A DNA stretch of 64,000 nt, taken from the NCBI RefSeq assembly GCF_964355755.1, contig NC_092680.1:10106001-10170000 (forward strand), read 5' to 3'. Position 1 is the first letter of the stretch. Each line of letters begins with the position of its first letter. This document shows positions 48,745-58,700 of this stretch, piece by piece. Made by a program: the position numbers and the translations under genes. The notes beneath the pieces are model-generated. The model saw only the letters and a program-made list of their open reading frames with translations, was not told where the DNA came from and ran no database searches. Origin of the DNA: Antedon mediterranea (lineage: Eukaryota > Animalia > Echinodermata).

Positions 48745-51722
48745 GTTGCCTGTTATTTTGTAGGCATTTATACTATTATGAAACATTTACATAATTCAAA
48801 TTTTATTGTTTGTGATCAAACTATTAAATGAAATTACCATTGAGACAACATGTCGGCCCCAATTAGCTGGCCCATAGCCAAAGTCATTTTAAGGAAATTT
48901 CCTAATTTTTCAGACATTGATTAAGAAGCTTGTTGATTTGGAAAAAGTGTTAATGTTGTTTATTGCCATTATCAATGTTTTTCCTTGTATTTTTTAGATT
49001 GTAATTGTTTTTTTAATTGTTTTTTATTAACAGAAGATTTACAGTTTCAGCTACAGCTGTGAGTATTAGTAGGGCAATTCCACAATTTTTTGGGGGATTT
49101 TGAAAATGTTCAACTTTTAGCAGTCTTAACACGTTTGATATCAAACTAAAGCTAATGTTATATACTTTCAGGATATTTAAGTGGTAAAAAAAATATATAG
49201 ATATATACAGACATATTTCCATTTAAAATAATGATATTTAGAAAACTTAAAAAATAATAAACAATATGAGGTTTACTTAAATCCTATAACAGACAACTAA
49301 ACCCTAATTTATACATGTCATTTCTTTTTAGAATTAAAGAACTAAATATATTGTTTGAGATTTTGTTTAAAAAAATTGAATTAATCAACATAGAAATATT
49401 AAGGAGGGGCCAACATAATTATTAATAAGTTTGTCGGGTTGTTACCAAAAAAATTTTTTAATTTAAGAACCATGTACCTTCTAGACAATTATAATATTTT
49501 CCAAACTATTAAAAATTATAGCTTTACATACACTCATAAGGTTACTTTTTTTTTAAACCTTATTTTTACATTTTTATATGATATTAAAAAGTGTCTGGTT
49601 GTTACCGAGTTGGTCACAAACTGACATGTCAGTCTGTGACCAGTGTTATTACAGTAAGCTAAACCAACATTTTTACAGTAAAATTTATTTCAATATGCTT
49701 TAAAATCAATAATCAAAATATATAGTATATAGTTTTAAAAAATTGAATTAATCAACATAGAAATATTAGATAGGGGCCAACATTTATTAATGATTTTGTC
49801 GGGTTGTTACCGAAAAACAACATTTATTTTTAAATTTAAGAACCATGCACCTTCTTGACAATTATAATATTTTCCAAACTATTAAAAATTATAGTTTTAC
49901 ATATACTCATGAAAAAATGTTAATGTTGTTTATTGCCATTATCAATGTTTTGCCTTGTTTTTTTTAGATTGTAGAAAATATACAGTTTTAGCTACAGCTG
50001 TGAGTATTAGTAGATTATCTGTTAAACAGAGAAAACATATTTTCCTTACTTTGTGAACTGTTGCCTGCCCTAATCAGCCGTTTCATACCCAAAGTCATTT
50101 TGAGGAAATTTCTTAATTTTTCAGACATTGATTAAGAAGCATGTTGATTTGGAAAAAGTGTTAATGTTGTTTATTACCATTATCAATGTTTTTCCTTGTT
50201 TTTTTTAGATTGTAGAAAATATAGAGTTTCAGCTACAGCTGTGAGTATCAGTAGATTATCTGTTAAACGGAGAAAAAATATTTTCCTTACTTTGTGAACT
50301 GTTGCCTGCCCTAATCAGCCGTCTCATACCCAAAGTCATTTTGAGGAAATTTCTTAATTTTTCAGACATTGATTAAGAAGCGTGTTGATTTGGAAAAAGT
50401 GTTAATGTTGTTTATTACCATTATCAATGTTTTTCCTTGTTTTTTTTTAGATTGTAGAAAATATACAGTTTGAGCTACAGCTGTGAGTATTAGTAGATTA
50501 TCTGTTAAACGGAGAAAACATATTTTCCTTACTTTGTGAACTGTTGCCTGTTATTTTGTAGACATTTTGTATTATGAAACATTTACATAATTCAGATTTT
50601 ATTGTTTGTGATCAAACAATTAAATGAAATTACCATTGAGAAAACATGTAGGCCGCAATCAGCCGGCCCATACCCAAAGTCATTTTGAGGAAATTTCTTA
50701 ATTTTTCAGACATTGATTAAGAAGCATGTTGATTTGGAAAAAGTGTTTATGTTGTTTATTGCCATTATTAATGTTTTTACTTGTATTTTTTAGATTGTAG
50801 AAAATATAGGCCTACAGTTTCAGCTACAGCTGTGAGTATTAGTAGATTATCTGTTAAACGGAGAAAACATATTTTCCTTACTTTGTGAACTGTTGCCTGT
50901 TATTTTGTAGGCTTTTTCTATTATGAAACATTTACATAATTCAGGTTTTATTGTTTGTGATTAAAATATTAAATGAAATTAACATTGAGACAACACCCAA
51001 ATACCCAGTCATTTTGAGGAAATTTCTTAATTTTTTAGACATTGATTAAGAAGCATGTTGATTTGGAAAAAGTGTTTATGTTGTTTATTGCCATTATTAA
51101 TGTTTTTACTTGTATTTTTTAGATTGTAGAATATATAGGCCTACAGTGTCAGCTACGGCTGTGAGTATTAGTAGATTATCTGTTAAACGGAGAAAACATA
51201 TTTTCCTTACTTTGTGAACTGTTGCCTGTTATTTTGTAGGCTTTTTCTATTATGAAACATTTACATAATTCAGATTTTATTGTTTGTGATTAAAATATTA
51301 AATGAAATTAACATTGAGACAACACCCAAATACCCAGTCAGTTTGAGGAAATTTCTTAATTTTTTAGACATTGATTAAGAAGCATGTTGATTTGGAAAAA
51401 GTGTTTATGTTGTTTATTACCATCATTAATGTTTTTCCTTGTTTTTTTTTAGATTGAAGAAAATATTCAGTTTCAGCTACAGCTGTGAGTATTAGTAGAT
51501 TATCTGTTAAACGGAGAAAACATATTTTCCTTACTTTGTGAACTGTTGCCTGTTATTTTGTAGGCATTTTCTATTATGAAACATTTACATAATTCAGATT
51601 TTATTGTTTGTGAATATTAAATGAAGTTAGCATTGAGACTACATGTAGGCCCTAATCAGCCGTCTCATACCCAAAGTCATTTTGAGGAAATTTATTAATT
51701 TTTCAGACATTGATTAAGAAGC
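48745..51722 (+). repeat. Tandem array (240-350-bp units, ~7 copies) upstream of RepHel, each with acceptor/short exon/GTGAGT donor signature
   Basis: (T)nAG|ATTGTAGAAAATATACAGTTTCAGCTACAGCT|GTGAGTAT recurring, donors at 49059, 50000, 50241, 50483, 50832, 51161, 51485. Confidence 0.88.
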
Positions 51723-52284
51723 AATTACACCCCTTCATACAGTTAATATCAAGATGTGATAAAACAAATACATTACAAATTGTTAAAAATGCAAAATAAA
51801 GTTTACATCATTTAAAATCGGTAAAATCTACTACAGCTACCATGAAATGTGTTATACAGTATTTTGTGTATTATGAGTGTGCTGCCGATTTATCATTATT
51901 AATTTTACATGATACCTATGACAGGGCCTTATTAAAAAAAATACATTAGTTTTTGTAGTTTATTTTAACCTATAAAAAAAATTGGGTTATGTAAAAGATA
52001 CCAACTAGAATCATATAGTTTGGACTACATTATTTTCAAGTTATGACTCACAACATAGTATGTTTCTTTGATCTATCATCTCTAACTACTAATGAGTTTA
52101 ATTAAGCGATTAAATCGCACAAAGATTGTGAAGTGAATGATTATATCATGCGTATTACAATTATGCTGCTTGAGCATGCTTACTAATACTATGCAAGAAT
52201 TTTCTCTTATAAGTCATGGGGTAGAAAAAATATATAACATTATTAATAATTTTTCTTTCTCTTTTATTGCAGAGTTTTGAAGAA

Positions 52285-52364
52285 TTAATCCGCTGGGTCT
52301 CAGAAGAGACCCGGATCTCCGAAAGAGATCCTGCTCTCCGAAAGAGAGTACCAACGAGGATTAA
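52285..52364 (+). other. Three abutting hairpins within a closing stem (cloverleaf), upstream of the RepHel ATG
   Basis: GGGTCTC-AGAA-GAGACCC, GGATCTC-CGAAA-GAGATCC, TGCTCTC-CGAAA-GAGAGTA; outer TTAATC..GATTAA. Confidence 0.8.
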
Positions 52365-52750
52365 CCGATTATAAGTATTCCATATCAGCAACAACGAAAG
52401 CAAATTTAAAGCAAAATCTCCACTGGATGAATTATTTTAAGCAAAATCTCCACTGGATGAATAAAACGAAATCTCAAATCTTTTTATAGACAGCAGTCTA
52501 TTATCTATCTATCTATCTAAATCTATCTATCTTTCTATTTATTATCTATAGAAACTTTATCAAGGCTTTTGCAGAACCAAAAAAGTTAGGCGTAGTGAAT
52601 ATAAACATTAGTTGTCTCGAAACACAATTTGGAAAGATAAATATAAGTTTAGCAGGAAAAAAAACATATTTGTATAAAGTAATTACGAAGTAGAATACAT
52701 CAATTGTATAGAATTTGAAAACAATTTCTGGATTTGATTAACCATACATA

Positions 52751-55700
52751 ATGGATACACTATTAATAACCTTTATTATTGGTATGTTGTTTTTAATGTT
52801 CTTCTTAATGTTATGGTGCTTTTTTAAGAATAATAAAGAAAATACAAATAAAGGGTACAATAATGTCAATACAGCTGGTAATGTTGATAGTGGTATTATA
52901 GATACAACAGAATTTGAAACAGTCATTGATGAAATCTTGGACCTACTTGACCAATGTTGCTTATCTAAGAATGTCAAAGACAGGAGCACTATAAAACTGG
53001 AAAATGATGATACATGTAATGTCGATTGTGAAGTTATCAAAGATACAACGGAATTTAAAGAAATAATTGATGATATCATAAACATATTATCTTATGGTAC
53101 AGAGGTTGCTTCAGAGTTTGATGATACATGCGATTTGTGTAGTATTGAAGTGAAAGCAGACGACAATTGCATAACATGTGACTGTTGTAGTCAATATTTT
53201 CATGTGAAATGTGTAAGAGATGTTTTTGAAGACAAACTATGTGATTCCAGAGTAATTTGGATTTGTTCAATGTGTGGGTATAGTAATTTTGTTGATAACA
53301 TATTGGGTGAAATAGGTATTCCCTGTCATTTCAATAGATATACGATTCTAGAACCTGATGAATCTGTCACTGCAGACTTAACGAAAAATAAGGAAAAACG
53401 TAATAATGCCAAATTAAAAAAATGTCAACAAACAGGAAGTGAAGATTTACTTGGTAGTGATTGGATAAGGGTAAAATCAAAGAAAAGAACCGACAACAGA
53501 AAAAAAAGATGTAAAAATAGAGGAAATAAGAAAAGGAGAAAGCGCGTTATAAATGGTATAAGTATAGAACCAGGTGTAAAATATATTGGCAAAAGTGTAA
53601 AAGATTTCTATGAAAGACGAAATAATAACAAAATGGAATGGAATATGAATACAAATACTTACAGAGAATACAACAAAGAAAATGCTAAAACGAATGTATT
53701 GGGAAATTCACAAACAATAATTGACGACAGTGGTAGGCCTATGTGTAATGTTTTGAAAAATACCAAAGTAACAAACGGAATACAACAACAATCAGGTGGT
53801 GGTTCGAAACGTTTACGAAATAACAAGGGTCGTTTTGTCAAAACTAAGAAGATTGATAACAAAAAAGCACAAGGTAATGTGAATTTAAAGAATGATTGCG
53901 ATACTATGAAAGATATAAAGAACATGGGTAATAATGACAATTCTGAAACGAAAACTGACGAGGATTTTAAAATGGAATGTAGGCCTACTGTAGAAAACGA
54001 CAACACAGCGACTGACGATGCGAAAGCACAAAATAATAGCAAAATGAATGACAGAAGTAGAATAATTGATAGTAATGGTACAGATCATAAAAATCAAACA
54101 TGTGCAAGTTGTGAATTTGAGGAAAATGAAGTATTGATAATTGATGACGGATGCAAAAAAGCAGTGACTGAAAAAATTAGGTCCCATACTAAACCTAAAT
54201 GTGACCAACATACAATCGATGTGGATATTGAAGTTTTAACAAAAAATAATTTTTCGGAAGAATTGATAATCGATGATGTACCAAAACAAAAAAATACACG
54301 AAAAAGGCAGAAAACACAATCAATAAATGAATTACAAGTATATAATAGTAATGAAAATATAACTGTAGCACAGGGTAATTTTAATCAAGGGAATTATAGA
54401 TTTGGCTTTGCAAGTGGTAAACAGTGTGTTGCAAATAGTCTTGTAGCTATTCTTTATTCTACAAAGAGGAATGGAAATGAATTTTACACCAAAGACCTTG
54501 ATACAATATTGACTCTTGGAAACGAGTTGTACCGTTACATTCAGAAAGATTCCACTATGCACGAGGACCTTTTAATGATTTCTGAACTGCCGAAAGAATT
54601 GGATATCTTGGATAACACATTTGTAATATCTCCCAAAGAATCAGTTTTTGGCATAATAGATGGAAATCTCGAATTTATGGCTGAATATGGAGCCTTGTCA
54701 TTAAACCAAGCTCTTGAACAAGAATTACACCAACATGATGCATTTTTTATGAATTTCAACAGAAGCACATTTTCTATTATCAAACGTGTAAATGGATTTC
54801 ATATATTTGATCCACATGCAAGAGATCGATTTGGTTGTGTTAGTGAACATGGAAAGAGTATTTTACTTTACAGTCCATCTTGGCAAGGTGTGTACGATTA
54901 TTGTATAAGATTAGCAAGGTCAATGAACTGTAATTTACATGAAACCGAGTTTGAACTGACTGGTGTAAATATTGAAAATAAGTCTATGATGTTATGTTCC
55001 GCTTCTGTGCTCGATGATAATTGTGAACAAAGAAACTTGGGAAACGTCGATGTTGATGAACCTAGTACGTCTTATCAGTATAAATGTAGTACAAGATTAC
55101 CAGACAAGAATATTGATTCTAAGGTTAAAGGCCAAAAACATAATAAAGAAGGTCATGTCTCATCAAGTAATGGATGGCAAAGTGATAGTGATATTGAAAT
55201 TGTTAATGTTCAGTATGGAGAAAGACCTGACAAGAATTTTAAATTTATTCCTATCTCAGAAGCACAAAAGAAAAACATGTGTAATGAAGTAGGCATTCAT
55301 TGTGAACATACCGATAGGAATTCTGGTATTAACAGAGCTAGTCAGATTGGACATCCTCTTCAAATTACGAATATTACAGGTGATGGTAATTGTTTTTATC
55401 GTGCAATTTCATACATTATTTCTGGTACTGAAGATAATCATTTTCTTTTAAGAAGAGCAATTACTAATCATTTATTGGAGACTGATGACTTGTTTATTAA
55501 TACATTTAGTCACGAATATAGATCAGTTAAGGAATATGTGTTAAAAAAAAGAGTAATGGATAATGGAACGTGGGCATCCAATACTGAAATAAGTGCAATG
55601 GCAAACTTGCTTAATACAGATATTTATTCATTTAATGATCAACTTTTGACTTGGCAATTGTTTTCTGCTAAAAAGCCAGGAAGAATAGATGATGTTACAA

Positions 55701-58700
55701 CTGACAATGGTATATATATTTTGTACACCATGAATGTGCATTTTAATGTAGTGGAATCTGTTAATGTTAGTCAAAATAATGTTCAGGAAAAAACAGGACA
55801 CGTTGATATGAATGTGACATCGCACAATAAACTTTCAAATACAGAGGCGAATTTTTTTGTAAAGAATTCTACAACAAAGAAACGAAAGCAAACGGGAAAT
55901 GAAACTTGTGAAACATTTGAAGATATAGAACCAAAACACAAAAAGAGTAAAACTGTTGAGGGACCTTGTTCTGGAAATAAAGTAAAAACATTGAGAAGGA
56001 GAAGAAAAATATCTTATGAAAATAGAAAGCAAAAAGAAAAGAATCGTCAGAGAATGAAAAGAAGAAGAGAAGAAAAAGATAATTCAATAGAAAAAAATGA
56101 AAATAGAAACAAATATCAAAGTGATCCTGCATACAGAGAAGAAAAGAAACGTAAAGTAAAAGAGGCACAACAAGTAAGATATGCTGATGATGATTATAAA
56201 TTCAAAAAAAGGAAGGAAAACAGAAAAAGACAACAAAAAATGTATAGATGTGAACCTGAATATAATGTTAAGGTACGAAATAAAGCTAAACATAACTACA
56301 ATATTGATTTGGATTACCGAACAACCAAAAAAGTCAACAATCGGTTAAATTATAAATGTAATGAAAAATTTACGCAAAATTTGAAAGAAAAATTGAAAAA
56401 TAGATACAATAATGATATAATATTTAGACATAAAACTAGACAAAATAATAAACAAAGAAATGCAGAAAAGTATCACAATGATTCAAAATTCAGACAAACA
56501 TTGAAGGAAAAATTAGCAGCGAAGTATCGTAATAATTCAAAATTTAGAAAAAACGTTACGCAAAAATTGGCAGAGAAGTATCGGAGTAATTTGAAATTTC
56601 GTCAAAACTGCAAACAAAAATTGGCACAGAAATATCGAGGTAATTTAAAATTTCGTCAAAGTATTAAGGAAAGGTGTAAGCAAAGATTTGCAGAAAAGTA
56701 TCATGGTGATGAAGGGTTCCGAAAAAATATTATGAAGAAAAACATGAAAAATAGGGAAAAAAAGAAAAAAGAAAACAATAATTTTGAGTTTGTTTTAGAA
56801 AATTTCAGGGAAACAGTTTCTCGTGGTCCTGAATATGTTTGTTGCGTATGCTTTAAAATGTTATTCAAAGATCAAGTTATGAAGTGTACCAAAACTAAGT
56901 ACAAAAATAAGGCTTGTATAAATGAAAAGTATTTGCATATTTGCAACAATGAATGTAATAAACCTTGTCAATTTATCGAATCACCAAGATGTCGTTTATG
57001 GATTTGTTTCACATGCCACAGGAAATTGTTAAATGGGAAAGTCCCTGCCGAAGCCAATTCAAACAATTTACAACTACACGATATTCCTCCTGAGCTTAGG
57101 TGTTTAAATAATTTAGAGCAGCATTTGATTGGATTGAACATTCCTTTTATGAAATTAATGAATTTACCTAAAGGTGGACAGCATGGAATACATGGACCTG
57201 TTGTATGTGTACCTTCAAATACTATTGAAACTGTAAAAATGCTGCCTAGACCACAGGTTGATGATCAATTAATATCTGTAAAATTGAAGCGAAAGTTGTC
57301 TTACAAAGGTTATTACAAATATAAATTTGTTAATACTGCTCATGTTATTCAAGCTCTTAGATATTTACAAGATCATAACAAGTGCTATTTTGATATAGCT
57401 ATTAATGAAGAATGGCACAATTATTTATCTGAAGAAAACATCGAAAATACAAATACTAATGGAGATGAAAATCAAACATGTATAGAAAGTAATGAAGAAG
57501 AAGAGGAAGAATTAGAAGACCGATTATGTGGTGCTACCTTTGATACAAGTCTTCAACCTGTTGACAGGCGACAAAATTTGGTTGATGAATATTTTAATGA
57601 CATCATTTGTTGTGCACCGTGTGAAAATAATAGCCCTATTGCATTATTAAGTAATAAAAGCAATGAAGCAAAATCATTTCCAGTGTTATTTCCAACAGGC
57701 CAACCAACATTCCATGATACGAGAGATGTTAAAATAACACTCGGACGTTATTTTCATAATAGATTAATGCATATAGATAACAGGTTTGCACAAAATACAG
57801 AATTCATATTTTATGCTCAATCGTTATATGAACTTCAACAAATTTTATCAAGTATTTCCATTGCATTGCGAAAAGGGTCAAGTAAAAAGGATGATTTTAG
57901 TAAAGTTACTGTATCGGATTTAAAAAATGTTACCAAAATTGACGAAATTTTAAAATCTGATAGGGGTTATAAATTTTTAAAACAAATTCGTGGAACTCCA
58001 CCGTACTGGCAAGCTACACAGAAAGATGTAATAGCAATGGTTAGACAGATTGGAAAGCCAACATTCTTTCTTTCATTCTCAAGTGCTGACTTCCGTTGGA
58101 AAGAAATAATGACGACATTGTTAAATCAGTCAGGAGACCAAAGAAACATTGAAGAATTGGAATGGGCAGATAAATGTAATTTGTTGAAATCAAATCCAGT
58201 GACTGTTGCCAGAATGTTTGACAAACGCTTTCATACTTTTTTGAAAAATGTAATTTTGTCTGAAGCACAGCCTATTGGTAAAGTCATAGATTATTTTTAC
58301 CGAATTGAATTTCAAATGAGAGGAAGTCCACATGTTCATATGTTAGTATGGGTTGAAAATGCTCCTATTTTTGGTACGGATAAAGATAACGAAGTTATTA
58401 ATTTTGTCGATAAATATATTTCGTGTGCTGTGCCATGTGAAACTGTAGATCCTGAACTGAATGAAATTGTTAAAAGTGTGCAAATTCACAGTAAAAGACA
58501 TTCTAAATCATGTAAAAAAAAGGGAACAAACTGCAGATTTAACTTCCCCAGACAACCTTCTGGAAATACATTTGTTATGAGACCTACAATTGCGGATAAA
58601 GACAGTGATGATAATGATGACAATAAACAAGCAATGGAGCTGTTAACCTCAGTAAAAGATGCTGTGAGTAATGAAGAAACATATAAAAATGCAATAGAAC

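Noticed and set aside
52300-52345. Hammerhead ribozyme (CAGAAGAG..CGAAA)
   Set aside because: Core is CAGAAGA, not CUGANGA, and stems I/III with a cleavage triplet cannot be built; the three-hairpin fold fits better.
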